DNA of 64,000 nt from Anthoceros angustus (Eukaryota; Plantae; Anthocerotophyta), in NCBI GenBank assembly GCA_010909165.1, contig VJWM01000273.1:62001-126000 (forward strand). Reading direction: 5' to 3'. Each line of letters begins with the position of its first letter. Position 1 is the stretch's first letter. The translations under genes were made by a program, and so were the position numbers. Below are positions 12,421 through 27,010 of the stretch, in pieces. The notes below the pieces were generated by a model. That model searched no databases, was not told the origin of the DNA, and was given only the letters and a program-made list of their open reading frames with translations.

Positions 12421-14099
12421 TTAGAAAGGGGTCCAAGCATGGTTTGGTGCTCACATTAGTTAGAAATGCGGATGAAACATTGTTATTTTTTCCTCATTGG
12501 GCATTAATAATTTTATCTAATTTATTTCTTCTATCTGATTTTCATAGGGTATACAAATATATTACTTCTATATGAGGTTAAAATTTAAAATTAAAATATT
12601 CATGAAAATATTCAAAATGAAAGTCTAAATTTAGAGACTATTTGGGACTCGGCATTGTCTCACTCAAAGCAGCACTTGTCACAATATGTTTCAGTGGGAC
12701 CATGGAAAAGAAACTGTAAGCAATGGCCCTTCACCTCAATCATTTTATAATATGTTTCAGATGAGCAAACGGATCGCCGGTAAGTCAACGAATTGAGTAC
12801 GTGATACTCTCTCACAAAGACTAAGAGGAAGATTCCGGCTTGGAGACACTGCTTGTATTTGCTCTTAGAGAAGAGGTCACCATCACACCACTACTGTGAG
12901 GAAGCAAATCTCAACATTACAGCGAAGAGTAGGTTTATCTTGGTTTTTGGCAGGAGTATGTAGCATGAAACCGGAATCTTATGTGTGGAGCGAGGACCGC
13001 TTGGATCCGACATGTTTGATAAACTTTTCCTTTGAGAAGGGCTTGACCGAGCTTAAAGTGGGTCGATGTGGTGGAACCTGGCATGGGAGTGGTGGATTGA
13101 AGCGGCGGGATGTGTTGAGTATGGGTGGCGTGGAAGTGGTGGGTAGAGGTGTGTGGTATGCAAGCGGGTTTAGGTGGTCCTTAGCTCATTCTATTTCTAA
13201 CTCTTGGTTCTTTTTGTGATAGGTATACATGGAAGCTCATCGTCACGACACCGACGGCCAGCGCACAATCCCTGGTCGCTGTAGCAAGGGGTCCGCTCCC
13301 AAGAGAATGATAGGCCCGCTACGCCGACCGATTCTTACCCCACGTCGCGACCATTCGCACCCGAGCGCGCGTGTGCACGGTTCTACAACTAACCACTCTT
13401 AACGTTCACCGAACAGGCCCGGTGTGGCCAAACGTTTAAGGACTCGTCGTCTGCATCCCGATCCGTCCATCCCTAGTCCGTTCTTCTCACTCCTCTCAAT
13501 ACACTCATCTTTCTTGGAAAAGAGTGGTGGGTCTGGTTCGGACCTCCTCCGCTGCTCCGCCGCCTCCTCCGCCTTTCACACCTCCAGTGAGTTCCCTCAC
13601 CACGCTGCTTGGCCCGTCCGACACGGGCCGCCTGACGAGCAAGGGTCCTGACCACTCCCCGCACACCACCACACGCTAGGGGTCCGTCACCAGACCTTGA
13701 CTGCCTCGTCTGTGCGCCGCCTGACTCAGACTCACGTAGCAAAAGATGCAAGGGTCTACAAGGAAACGCAGATTCACCCCAAGAGAAAGATCCTTTACTA
13801 GAGCAACTCGCCCTCTTATCGCGCCCAAGGTCGTCTTTATACACTCTATTCTCGAGTGGCCAGCCCAAGGCCTAGCCGCCGCCTACTATTTCACTATTCC
13901 GCCTATCTACGCCCGCCGAGGTGCAGAGTGCTTACCTGTGTGTGGCATCCCTTACGCCCCGCCTCTTCACCGATCTCCTCCCTCACTGTCTGCTCCAACA
14001 TGGCCCCAAGGTCCTGCACAGACTCGCTCGGGCCTCCTCCTCGCCCTCCTTCTCGACCCGGCCCCGGGTCCGGCCCATCCGCCGAGGGTGACGCAGACC

Positions 14100-16950
14100 T
14101 CTAGAGCCTTGAGGAGCTCGCATGGTAATAGGCAAAGTCCGAATCACAATTGCTTCTCCACATGAGCCCGGAGCAATCTTGACCCTCCTCCTGAGGTGCT
14201 CCAAAGAGGCTGGTCGCCTGCCCGCCGAGCCGCCTCCGCCGCCACTGTACTCGCCAACCGGGTCAGCACTTCCTTGAGGATGCCAAGGCCGCCGACACCT
14301 CCCTCGCACTTTTGTCTGCCGCCGACGTGCTCCTCCTCCCGCCTGTAGCTCGACTAGCTTGCCGCCATGGAGCCACGCTCTCCTCCGCCTGCAATCGGGA
14401 GCGCCTTCGCTCCTCTCCGGCCCTCCTCCTCCGTCCATCTTTTGCTCTCGAAGGTCCGCCAACTCCTCTCCAGCGGCCCAAGATCTCCGCCCGGCTCCTC
14501 GACTTCCCTCAGCCTTCTCCAACTCCGGGCGATGTCCAACTCGGATCGCCGCCAACTCACCGCTCCTCAAACATGCCTCAAGCCGGCTTCTACCTCCTGC
14601 TCATGGGTCCGGCGATCACTTCATGGAGGGCTCCATGTCATCAGGTCTTGAGCCGCAAGGTTTCCTTGTGGTCCTCCATTTCCGCCGACGCCTCCGCCTC
14701 CTCAGTGGGTCCGAGATCCTCCATCTCCTGCTTCGGCCTCCTTCTCTCCGCCTGCTCGTGCCTACTCTGCGGCTTGTTTCGCATTGGCCGCACTGCCTGC
14801 TTTCTCCACCTGCCCCTGCCTCACGCTGTAATGGTCCTGGCTTATTAGCCACGGCGCCTCCCGCCTTTCACTCAGCCTCCCGCTTGAGGTTGTTCCCCGC
14901 TGAGCCGCCTTGGCCAGTCCCGGCCCGCCTCCGCTGTCTTCGGCCTCCTCCGACCCTCTCTACTTCCTCCGTCTCAGAGGTCTTCACCTGCTTGGCCTCC
15001 TCTGACTGCCCACTGCTCAGACACTGAGGATCGGCCCACCAGCTTGACCTGACTGCCCTCTCCGCCCGCCCGCCTCCTCGATCCTGCGAGGGACTCCGCC
15101 TTCTCGGGCCGCCACGCCTCTACCACCGGAGCTCCACCATCCATCGCCGGGTGGCTCCACTTGGGTCTTCTCATTGCCGCAGAGACCCAAGCATACCGTC
15201 CATGATTTGTGAGCCAAAACCCGCCATGTTTCCTCCACGGCCACACTGGGAGACACCCAAAGTCCGCTGTGGGTGCAGCATCTCCCGGGTCCGTTTATGG
15301 ACTGAGCATCATAGCTCCCGGAGGGAGTCCTGACCGGGCTCTCATCAATGAGGACCCTGTGTCCCGAGTGTTTCGGGTCCCGGCCTTCTACTTTTGGCCC
15401 TCTTGGTAGCTCCTTCTCCGCCTTCTTCGCTAGCCTTGAGGTGGTGAAGGTCCTGAACTAGCCCTCTTGCCTCTTCCGGTTGGAGACAGACGGCCTGTGA
15501 GTGGGGTTGCCGCTGCCTCCAACTCCCTGGCAAGGCCCTTTCCGCCTCAGACCGCCTCCTCCGCCTCGCCACTCATGGTAGGGGCACGGCCCGGGCGCCT
15601 GTACAGGCGCTGCCTCCGCCGCTTCGCCGAGCCCGGGCGGGTTCGGCACTGGAGTCGTGTTAGGGTTGGCTGGCCGCTGCGACCGCTAGCTCCCGCCCCA
15701 TGGCCGCCTCCTCCGCAGGTGCTCCGGGGAACCAAGAGGAGGGAATGTCTTCCACGCCTCCCGGGTGGCGAGGGGTCCACAGTGATGTATAGAGTCCGAA
15801 TCCTCCTGGGCTGCCCTCCTCCCACTCCGCTGGTCCGGTTGGCCACGGCCTGCTCTTCCTTCCCGCTCGCCTCCGTAGGGGCGGCCCTTCCGTAGCGCCT
15901 CTCCTCTTCCCTCCTTCAGGAGGTGTTCATGTGCCCCCACACATGGATGATGAACCATAACGCCGACGGGGTGGCTTCTCACTCTCGCCTTCCGAGCCTC
16001 CGTGCTGATTCTTGCGAAGATGATCCCGCCTCACCGCTGCTTCCTCTCGTAGAAGTCGTGGAGGAACAAGAGATTATCCCCAAGGTGGTCCACCTTGGTG
16101 AGCATATTGGACGGTGATCTTCGCCACGATCGCATCTCCTCGCCGAGGAGGTCCGGCATTAGCCACCCATTGGAGGATCGCCCCTAGTCGCAAGAGGGCC
16201 GCCCGCCGCCCACCTTCCTTCACCTTCAGGCCCGAACCACTCCCCATTCACTGGGCGGTTCTAAACTGCCTCAGACCTCCACGGCCCACCTCTTGGGTCC
16301 TCCTGTGTTCTTAGAGCGACCTCCTTGTTGGCCGCTGCCAAAGATCTTCCCGCATACCCCTGACTAGCGACGTACTGTCAAGGTCCTGAAAATATCCAGT
16401 GTAGTCCTCCACAGCCTCCTCCGCCTCCTCCAGCCCATGCATCAAGTCGAGGTAGTGCTTTGGTGATGATGTTGCTCCACCAAGCGCCATGGCTCCTACA
16501 CCGCTTTCTTGGGTCCCATCTCCGCCTCTTGTTCTGCCATTATTGCTTAAGGCTCAACAATTTGTTCCTCCGCACAAGGCCGCTGTTCCAACCACAAGGT
16601 CGAGCAGCGTGAGGGTGCCTCGAGCGCCAAAAGACAACGCCAGAGCCGGTGTCCAGCGTGAGAGATCGCGAGAACCGCCACGGTTGTTTTGGAAGAATGA
16701 CCTCCTCCCACTCCGTCGACAAGAATATGCCAAGGGCGCGGCTCTCGCCAGTAATCGCCGAGGCTCGCATGGCTTACTTCCCACCTTACGCCTTCGCCAT
16801 TACTGCCTCACAAATTTTAGCTCATACGCCACTACAGATTTCTGAGCGTGAATACCGCTTACACCGTGCAAACTTTGCCGCCCTCAATCGCATGCCCGCC
16901 CACCTCCGCACTGGCCCACGGGCTCGCCTAAAATACACCCGACTCCTAAG
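14100..16950 (-). pseudogene. Frameshifted orphan ORF with Glu/Arg-rich coiled-coil C-terminus, divergent from the + ORF at 17280
   Basis: Fragments such as RALGIFLSTEWEEVILPK and WTPALALSFGARGTLTLLDLVVG, shared with 1-1100; no recognised domain. Confidence 0.35.
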
Positions 16951-17074
16951 TTACTTTTACCTCGATGCACTGTCTCGGCCCGAGTGTAGTCCCGACCACT
17001 CCAGCACTTGTGGTGCGGTCCGCCTCCGTGAGAGTGTAGTCCAGGCTCTCCGGAGTGCTCCGAGTCCTTCGCTT

Positions 17075-17222
17075 ACTCCCGAGTCCTTCGCCCACTCCCG
17101 AGTCCTCCGACCTAATCCGGAGTCCTCCGACCCACTCCGGAGTCCTCCGACCCACTCCAAAGTCCTCCGACCCACTCCGGAGTCCTCCGACCCAATTCAA
17201 GTCCTTGACCTTACTCCGAGTG
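17075..17222. repeat. 20-bp tandem array, copy B
   Basis: Same unit as 1241-1390. Confidence 0.9.
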
Positions 17223-17279
17223 CAGTCTCGAGCACCCGACTTATTCCTTCCTTTCCGCCTTATTTTCCACTCCGCGCCT

Positions 17280-19655
17280 ATGAAAAAAACAAAACCTAAC
17301 TCATTTCCTACCCTAGGGGAGAGTCCGCACCCACAGCAGACAAAGTTGCTTTCCACCGTGGTGCTGGGCCGAGACATTAGAAGGGCGAGAGAACTCGCAC
17401 TGGGAGTAGCTCCTTCCTCGCGTGCAGCTTATGGGCGCCATGCCCCGGAAATGCTAAGGGTGGGAAGGAACCGCCCGCCAAGGGCTCCTCCTTGCCGACA
17501 AGACTGTGAGTCGCTACCGCTGTGGGAGAAGATTTTGAGACGCCACAATTTACATGCTTTGGCAAGTACCTCAATCCTAGAGACTTGGTAGATTTCGCAA
17601 TGGGCTGAGGAGGAGAACATCCAACTGATGGGTGTATGGCCGCCAAAGAGGCTCACACCAATTTGGAATTGATTGAGGAGTGTTACATCAACCTCCATCA
17701 ATCGGGGCCTCGCTTGCGTCGAGAGGAATGCCTGACCGATCCGCTACCGGACAAATCGGAGTATTCGCCAAGTATATGGGAGACCTGAGGAGGAGAGCCT
17801 GATTGCTTTCCTTGAGAGGACAATGGAGGAAGAGGATCTCCTCTCGTAAATTCCGCAGGAGGTCCTAGATGTGATGGACGGAGGAGTGAAGGCCACCAAG
17901 AATGGCTGAAGACGACAAAGCATCAAGGAGTCAAGTGGAGGCTCTTGCCAAAATTGTGTGTTGGTGAACTATCAACGGACCTCTTATTTCAAAGACCAAC
18001 TTCCTCCGCTTTGTGGAAGATTTCGCGAGGAGCCAAGCCGGATTGGGGCACCATCATGTATGAGGCCTACATACATCACAGGGAGAAGCTCCTTAGGCCA
18101 AATTCGGTGGATGAGGAAGGACCGTGGCCATGCTATCTTAGCACCTATTTGGTGCACTTGTGGGAGACGGGGGGGCTCCTAACCAGCAAGGAGCTTGAGG
18201 ATGCTTGGCATCCTTTCAAGATTATCCATCTCCAGCCAAGCTTAGAGCGGCCCTTACCTTTCGCTCTAAGGAAGACCATGGGAGGACAAACCTCCACAAG
18301 GACCCTAGGACCGAGAGCGGAGGAGGCGGAGGCAACAAGGTTGCCGGAGTGGGAGGCCTTTCCCCACAAGAGGAGCAAGGAAGGGGGGAGCAAGATTCGG
18401 CCATAGAGGGCCAAGTGGTAGTCTATGAGGGGCAGACTACCACGGTATGGGTGACGACCCCAAGGGTGGGAGGAGTCCCCACCATTTCGTGGGTGCCTAG
18501 GGAAGAGGCACCGTGAGCCACCCCTAGGGGAGGCAGCATCAGTGGTAGGCGCCCATCACGGTGAGGTGGTGCCACCGCGGTAGGTCTGCACCCCACCGCA
18601 GGCAAGCACCCGGCCAGAGGGAAGAGGAAGGCGGGCGCATGAGGCCGGGGCGCCAGCCACCATCACCGCCGGGAGAGGATGGGGAACTGCGAGGCCACGC
18701 CATCGCTGATGGCCCGAGGAGGTGGAAGGCTGGAAATTTCCAAAGAAGAGGCCGAAGGTGAATTTGGGCCCCTAGGAGATTTGGCCGAGTGCTATGAGGC
18801 ACTCAAATGAGTGGATTTGAAGGGGGCTAGGGAATTAACAGCCACCTTATGGGCATGCCAAGAGGAAGCCAATAAGGCCCAAGAGATGACAGAGAGGAGA
18901 GCAGGGACCAAATGGCAATTGGAGGCCATGGAGTCCGATGAGAAGGCAGCCAAGTTGGAGAAGGCTGTGGAGAAGCTTCAGCGCGACCTTGTGGATCAGC
19001 GGCGTGCGGAGAAGGTCTTGGAGGGAAGGTTGGCTCAAACCGAAGAGAGCTGTCCGAGCGACTACCCAACGGGACTCATGGAGGCAAAAGGCGGAGGAGC
19101 ACTTTGCCCACCTAGAGCAGGAAAGGAAGAGCAAAATCGAGGCTCTAGGGAGAGAAAAACAGGCGGTTCAGCAAGTGGATACGCAAGAACAAGTGATGGC
19201 TACTCAAGCCATCAAGATCCGGGACATGGAAGAAACGCGAAGAACCCAGATAATTTGGAGGAGAAGCCGGAGCTAGAAGCTCAAGACCAAAGAACGTAGG
19301 GAGTTGAGCGTGAAGAGTGCTTGGCAAGCGGAGAGGGAAGAGCTTGCTCAACAACTAGGGGACTTGGAGAGGAGGAGGTCCCAGGAGGAAGAGCACCAGA
19401 AGAAGGTGGTGCATAGAATGCTGGTGGTGAGGAAGCGAAGGTTTTGGGCAGATTATGCCCTTCAAGCAAAGTTGGCCAACCAGCTGAGGGAAGCACAGGA
19501 GGAGAATGTGACCCTCCATGTGAAGGTGGGAGAATCGACCACCTCAAGGGATGCCTACAAGGGTAGGTGTGAAGATGGAGAGTGGCCCAATGAATTGATG
19601 ATCTCCAAATGCAATATCATAGTCCTGGGCGCCCATCTTCACAACAGATATTGAA
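17280..19655 (+). pseudogene. Orphan retroelement ORF, copy B
   Basis: KPDWGTIMYEAYIHHREKLLRPNSVDEEGPWPCYLSTYLVHLWETGGLLTSKELED, then coiled coil EKAAKLEKAVEKLQRDL. Confidence 0.6.
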
Positions 19656-22600
19656 GGCCAACAACGGCGCGGCCACAAGAGGAGGACAATAGGTCCTCGT
19701 GATGATGATAGGAAGGAGTTGCTGCAGTGCAACCGGATGCCTCGTGACTTTGATGAGGCCATTATGACATGGACTCGAGGAGTCCTGAGAGTCGAGGACC
19801 TGAGGAGAAACGTGCCCAAGAAGGAAGATGGCGGAAAGCAAGGAGGGGACAACATAGGGGGTCACCACCACTCAGAGTCCGCTGACTACCGGTAGGCTGC
19901 CACCCCACGCCGGTAGTCTCGTGGGTGGAATCTCGTGTCCCGAGACACGGTGAGGTCCACATTCACCCTCAATGTCGCTTGTAGTCCCGGGATTCGCCTC
20001 CCAAGGGAATGGTTTGTGCCAAGAGACGCTATCTTCTATCACTACCGACCTTGCCTAGCTAAGTCGTGACTTACCCGCTACCACCCTCACACCCATCTAC
20101 TCAACTACTACTACCTCCGCCTTGTCCAACTACCACGGATCTAACTCCCGACTCTCCCCTTTCCTACCAGCGCTCACCACTCACCGTGTAGTGGAACGAA
20201 CCACCGAGGTGGGTCCCACACCAAACCCTAGCGACGATCTGGGCCATGGATCTCGCACGGGTTGTCCCCACCCGTAGTCCGGGTGATATTCGCACCCCCC
20301 ACACTATGCACCCGATTCCTAGGGACCAGGCCTCCTACCTCAATCCACACACATGCACACACACAAGGGCCACACCACCTTATTTCCTCCGAAACACGCT
20401 CCCATGCGCACTTCCAGACAAAGACCGCTCAATTCGGATTACACACCACCCACCATGACCTCTCCACTGCTCTCTTCCTTCCCACTCGATCTCACCGCAT
20501 CGCTGCACAAGATTTAATCTCTCCTTCCCCAATCCGCCTCACTCCTTCTCTCTCCTCGACCCGCCTCGTGCATCCACCACTCACACTTCACCCTCAATTG
20601 AACACAACTAGCGAGGAAAGAAGTGAAGGGAGAAGAACCTGTGGCCACAAGCGCACGAGCAAGCTCCACCCGCCCGCCAATCCCTTGGTTCCTCCTCCTT
20701 GTCGCCAAGAATTGCCCATCACCCTTCCTCCTCCTGAGCAAGCTCTCGACCACCCTAGGAGCTGCCTCGCACCCCCGCCTCCGCTAATTGGACGCCAACC
20801 AACCAGTGGGATCTCAACCAAATTATCTCACGGGAGAGGCATAATTCGCCTCTTATACACCCGGGCGCCATGGATTTTTAGGTCCTAAGATGGCTATCGA
20901 AGGACGCGCCCACACCGGAGCGATCCTAGGTCCAGGCAAGATCCTAACCAAATTATCTTAGGATGCTATCACCTCCGCCACGCTTATCTCTCGACTTGGC
21001 CGCCTGCCTCGCCCTCCATTGCCGCCGCCACGAGCCCTCCCGCCACCGATCCGGCTGTGTTTTCCCACAATACTTCCACCTCACCGCCACCGCTGGACGC
21101 CCTAATTTGAGGTGTACCGCCTGAGCTTCCGCCTTCCGCTTGCCGCCTATTGCCGAGGATTATTACCGGCCTCGCCCACCCAAGCCGGACCTCCTCCTCA
21201 CTTAACTCCTCCAAAGTCGCCTCCGACAATAGGGGCCAACCCCCCGCGCAATGGTAGAAGTATGCACGGGTCCTCACTTGCGAGGTAGGCCCCGATCCTC
21301 CTATTTCCACACACATGGACAAGGAAGGTTAACGCTGCTCCCCATTCACATATAGACCAGAACATAAGTTTCCTCATCCATGTGCCGAACATAGGACCCT
21401 GAGCAGAGGTGCTTACCCCTCCTCCCGTAGGCTACACCGTTGCTCGGTCCATGTCCTGCGGGTGCCGTCAGGCCCCTGCTCCGCCATGCCGCCAGTTGCG
21501 CCAATGTGGTGCCCACTCCGCTGTAGTGGACTCCACGACGCGCTGCTCAAAGAACCCCGGTAGGTGTTTTGCCACCTTTGCTGCCGCTTCTGTAGAGTTC
21601 CTTCCACTACCCCGCCGTGGTCCTGCCACCGCCTTCCCTTCCTTCCTTTCTCGCCCGCCACGTGCCTCATCCCGCCTCCTGCTTATACCGCCTCCGCGCT
21701 TATGGGCCTTTCCACCGAGGCCGCCCGCCTCCTGGCTCGCAACAACTCCCGCATCCCGGTTCGCCCTGTGGGCATCCTTAATTTGAGCCATGAGCGCCGG
21801 CTCGTCATGGCCTGCAACTTCTCCTCGGCCCCGCACAAATCTTCTGAATCTTGGCCCTTATTTCCTCTAGGACCCGCTTGTCTTCCTCCAGCTTGCTTGC
21901 GCTTGGCCTCCTTCACAAACCCGGCCTTCACCACTTCCTCCCGCCGCCTTGCACACCGAGCTGTGTGAGAGCTAAAGCCGCTTGATCCAACAACCGCTTG
22001 GGCCCGACCATCGTGGCCGCCCCGCAATCCACTCAGGCGGCCACGCCATCCCTCCGTCGAGAACTTTCCTCCCAAGCAAGGTGCACCTCACCACCGTGCA
22101 TCCACCTCGCTGCTGGGAGTCCCTTGAAAATCTCTTCCCATGCCGAGGAGGGGTCCGCTCGAGGTCACCCCTAAACCCTCCGGGTTGATTCATCATCCGC
22201 ATCCGTGTCAAGAAATTGTCCTCTGATCGCGCCTCCGCCACCTCAACCGCTTGGCCTTCATTTTCAGGCGCCTGCTGACCCGGTGACGCCGCCTTCACCT
22301 TTTCCCGAGGCCCGCCTTCCACCCCGGCCTTCCTCTTTGCCGGTAGAAATTTCCTTCTCCTCGAATCGCCTGCCGCCACGACTCCCTATCCGATTTCCTC
22401 GATTTCCTCCTTGGGCTCCTCCGCCTTCCATTTCACCTCCCTAACCGCTTCCACATGTGGGAGGCCACAATTCCACCTCGCGCGCTAGCATGCACATAAA
22501 GATGGACCAAATGGTGAAATTAGAGAGGGTCGAGGGTAGGAGAAATCAGTTCAACCTCTTCACACAACTTGTCAAGAGAATTCGCCCCAATCGATTCCCC

Positions 22601-24949
22601 TTGACCACTTCATGGAAGGAAGCAGAAGTGGTCGACAAATAATCCCGCTTGTGCAGAAACATAGGAGCCATCCGCCGACCCATCAATCCTGTTACAATCC
22701 TCCACCACCGGTTCCTGACGCCTTTAACCAGGCGGCCAGGTTCTTTTCCGGACGCCCATCACCAAACCGCCCGCCTCCTCCTACCGCGCCATACACCTCC
22801 TAACCAATTCCAGTCCCAACTCGGGCTTCGCCTAATTCCCCCGCCTTGCTTGTCCTTCTGTGGCGCGACACTCGCACTCATCCCAAGTTCATGTAATTCC
22901 ACCGCTCTTCCATGAAGCCAAGCTCCTCCTTCACCACCTCAAATAACTTTCCAATGATCCATGTTTGGCCATGGAGCAAGCACAATCACGACCTTGGGCG
23001 CCATCCCTCCACAAGAGTCTCCTGTCGCGCCTCAACCGATCGCCTGACCACCCGGGCGGGCCTGTGGTTCCTACCTCCTCACCAACCCAGCGCCTTCCTC
23101 CTCTAGCGACTGCGATGTCGGATGGGGGTTCGAGCTCCTTCCCTCGTGCGCCCGCGCCTCCCCGCAGATCGCGGTTCCCGATGAACTCCTCGACTGCCGC
23201 CTCGCCCTCACAGGCCCGCCGCTGCCTCCCGCCCCACCGGCGCTCCGTTGTCCGAACGGATTACATTCCTAGGGTTAAGTTCCTGTTCCCTACCCCTGCT
23301 CGACCGCGACCGCCGCTCCACACCCCAATCCACAACCCCACACTCATTCGCATTTAACGTTGACTCCAAGCCTATAGACCTATCACTCCTAATTATACCA
23401 ACCCCTACCTCACATATATAGACCTTTAGTGGACATCCCAAGTCCATGGGCCAAGGAACATCGAGTTCTAATTCTTATTATCTAACCTAAGAAATAAAAC
23501 AAGAAAAACCATAGGCCAAGGACGCTTTCTATAAATACCCTTGCCTACCGTCAACCCCGACTTATTTTCACACCACACACCAAAAACAAAAAAACACTTC
23601 AAGGCACATCCCAACAGGGGGTTTCCGAGTCCGTGACGTTACATCTACTCGGAACTGGGTAGGCGTGCTCGCGCAGGGGCCTGATGGGGAGTCGGGCCCT
23701 AACGGCCCGGCTGCGGATGAAGGAGCCGGGGGGTTCGGTGGCATACCCCCTGGAGAAGGAGGCGAGGTGGTGGGAGAAGCAGCCCCAGCGGAGGAGGAGA
23801 TCGAGGGCGGGGTCCGACCCGCCGAGGAAGGGGGAGGGGTGAGAAGTTCCCTCACCCCACGAATAAGGGAAGAGCCCGGGCCAGGATAGGAGACCAACGC
23901 AAAAAGGGACCGGAGGAGTTAGTGGCGACATCAGCCAGCAAACGGGGAATGAAGACTCTTTGAAGATGCTCCATGATAGGTATGGACAAACCAAACAGGA
24001 GGAAAGGAGCAAAGAGGATTCCAACCCAGGGGACGTCACCGATGAGGAGGAAGGAAGGAAGAGAGATGGGGACCAGACTACCATAGTAGGTAGTCAGCCT
24101 ACCCCGGTAGTCTGCCAGACTACCGCGGTAGGGTGCTTATAGAAGGAGCGCGGCCGGGCGGCGGAGGTTGGAAAATGGACGCCTCCCCTGCTTTTGACAG
24201 AGGAATCACGCCGCCTCAACCATGTAAGGGGCAACATGGTAGCCGCCAAAGCTAGGAAGAGAGCACTTGGGAGGGCTTTGCAAAAAGACAAGAGAGCCAA
24301 TCAGAACGCAAAGTTTGGGCAACTAAATTCAAAAGAGCTATTTTAACAAACAAGTTGAGGCTAAAAATGATTAAGAGAGCATGTCGAAATTCTTCAAAAC
24401 CTAAGTCAAGTTGTAGGATATTGTTAGAATAGAAGATATCGCCAGACAGAATCGGGCCAAACGACCTAGCGGGCGAGGCGGGCCCAAAAGGGCGGATAGG
24501 AGCCGGGCAGATCACCAGAGGGTCGCCATCTACACAAAGAAAAGGGAGCGTATCATCTGAGTCGCGGATCGTGCCAGAAAGCAAATGAACATAGGAAGTC
24601 CCACTATCTGCTCATCAATAAAAAATTCAGGTTCATTAGGCAGCCAGAATGAGATCTCATCCGGCTCGCCCAGACCTGTATCCTGAAGGACTGTCATGTG
24701 TCGAGGAGCCTAGCGTGAGATTGAAGGATCAAGCGCAAGGAGGAGCAATGAACGGAGAAAAGAGGAAATGCTCACCCGCCTCACACCCCGGAGGAGAAAT
24801 CTAGGGGAAATTAGCAGCTAAAGGCTCAAGCCAGGCTAACGGTACTTGTGCCTCAGGGTATTATTGCTAGTGACAAGGAAGGGAGTGTTTGGGAGTAAAG
24901 CTTTGGAGCCCACGCTGAATTGAGAGAGTAATTCTCGTTAGAAGCGTTA

Positions 24950-27010
24950 AGGAGAAAGGTGCCATGCCACGCTACTGGAAGAGCAAGGGAAGGAGCTGCA
25001 CAAAGGTTCCTCCTCGAGAGGAGGAAAGGGCCGGCAAAGAAAGCCACCGCCGGGGAGGCGAGCTAATGCCCCAATTCACTTGTTTGCAGCCAACCCCGAT
25101 TTGGTTGATTTTCAATGGGCGAGGAGGATAACATCCAATTGATGGGTGTATGGCCAATGGGCCTACACTAATTTGGAGTTGATTGAGGAGTGCTTCATCA
25201 ATCTCCATCAATCGAGGCAGCCCTTGCCGGAAGGAATGCTCGAACGGATCCTCGCCGGACCGTAAGGAGCATTCGGCTGTATGGGAGACCGAGGAGGAGA
25301 GCTGGAATTGCTCTCTCGAAAGGTCGAATGGAGGAAAGAGGACCCTCCGAATTCCGCAAGAGCTCCTCGACATGATGGACGGAGGAGTGAAGGCCCATGC
25401 CAAGAATGGCTGGAAAACAGAGAGCATCAAGGAGTCAAGTGGAGGCTCTTTTAAGATTGGGGTTGGTAAATTACCAAAGGACTTTATTTCAAAGACCAAC
25501 TTCCTCCGCTTTTGTGGAAGATTTCCATGGGAGCCAAGCCGGATTGGGGAACCATCATGTATGAGGCATACATCCACCACCGAGAAGCTCCTCAAGCCAA
25601 ATGTGGATGAGGAAGGCCAGCTCTACCTTAGCACCTATTTGGTGCATTTGTGGAAACGGAGGGACTTCTCACAAGCAAGGAGTTGAAGATGCTTGGCATC
25701 CTTGAGATAATCCATCTCCACCAAGCTTGGAAAGGCCTTGCCTTTGCATTGAGGAAGACTGGGAGGTCGACCCACAAGCATGCTAGGAGAAGGATGAGGC
25801 AACAAGGTTGCCGGAGTGGGAATCTTTTCCCCACAGAGCAAGAAGAGGAGAGGTGAACCGCCGAGGAAGGCCGAATGGTAGTCTATGAGAGGAGGACTAC
25901 ACAGAGGGGTGATGCCCCAAGGGTGGGGGAGTCCCACCATCTCGCTTTGTGCCTAGCAGAGGCACCCCAGCCTCACCCCAGGGAGGCGCCCCACCCAAGG
26001 GGGGGATCACCGTGGTAGGCGCCACCACCAGGTAGGTAGGCGCATCACAGGGGAGCACCCACCGCAGAGGCAGCACCCCACGCCGAGTGGCCTACGAGGG
26101 GGGAAGGAGAAGCACGGCGGCGGCGCGCCCAGGCCACCACCACCCGCGCTTGGAGGAAGGGCGGATGGAGCGACTGAGGGGACTCACGCCTGGATGGCCC
26201 GGAGCAAGGGAGCTGGAGATTTCCAAAGAAGGGGCCAACAGGTGGACCTTAGAGACTTGGCCGAGTGCTTGTGAAGCACTCACCATGTGGATTTGAAGGG
26301 GCTAGAGCTAGCCTCCTTGTGGGCATGTGAGGAGAGTAAGCCCAAGACATGGCCGAGGAAGGCAGACCAAATGGCAATTGGAGGCCATGGAGTCCGAGAA
26401 GGCAAAGTTGGAGAAGGTCAGAGAAGCTCCGGACCTGTGGATCAGAGCGCGAGAAGGTCCTAGAGGGAAGGTTGTCACAAGAGAGAGAGCCATTCGCAAC
26501 AACCCAAAGGGACTCATGGAGATGTATATGAGGAGCATTTTGCCCAATTAGAGCAAGAAGAAGGGCAAAACGAGGCTCTAGGAAGGGAGAAGGTGGCGTC
26601 CAACAAATGGACGCAAGAGTGTGATGGCTACCCAAGCCATCAAGATCCGGGACATGGAAAGAATTGCGATAAGTGGAGGAGAAGCGCAGGGAGGCTCAAG
26701 ACCAAACGCAAGAGTTGGAGCGAAAGGGTGAAGAGGAGAGGGAAGACTTGCTGCAATGGCCGAGGAACAAAGGAGGTTCCAAGAGGAGGAGCACCACAAG
26801 AAGGTGGTGCAGGATGGTAGTAAGGAAGCGAAGGTTTGGGCGATTATGCCCTTCAGCAAATTGGCCAACCAAAGGGGAAGGGAGGAGAATGTGACCTCCA
26901 TGTCAAGGTGGGGAATTGACCACCAAGGGACGCCTACAAGGTAGGTGAGGATGGAGAGGCCGGAGATTGATGATCTCCAAATGCGTCATAGCTTGGGGCT
27001 CACCTCCACA
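24950..27010 (+). pseudogene. Orphan retroelement ORF, diverged copy C
   Basis: EEDNIQLMGVWP..YTNLELIEECFINLHQS and IPQELLDMMDGGVKAHAKNGWK align to copies A and B. Confidence 0.6.

Larger units (their letters stand above)
13215..24950. mobile_element. Copy B of the GC-rich LTR-like element (15839-24477 duplicates 1-8458)
   Basis: Direct colinearity with copy A. Left boundary inferred from a TG at 13215; putative LTR start TGTCGA at 24382; right end approximate. Confidence 0.6.
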
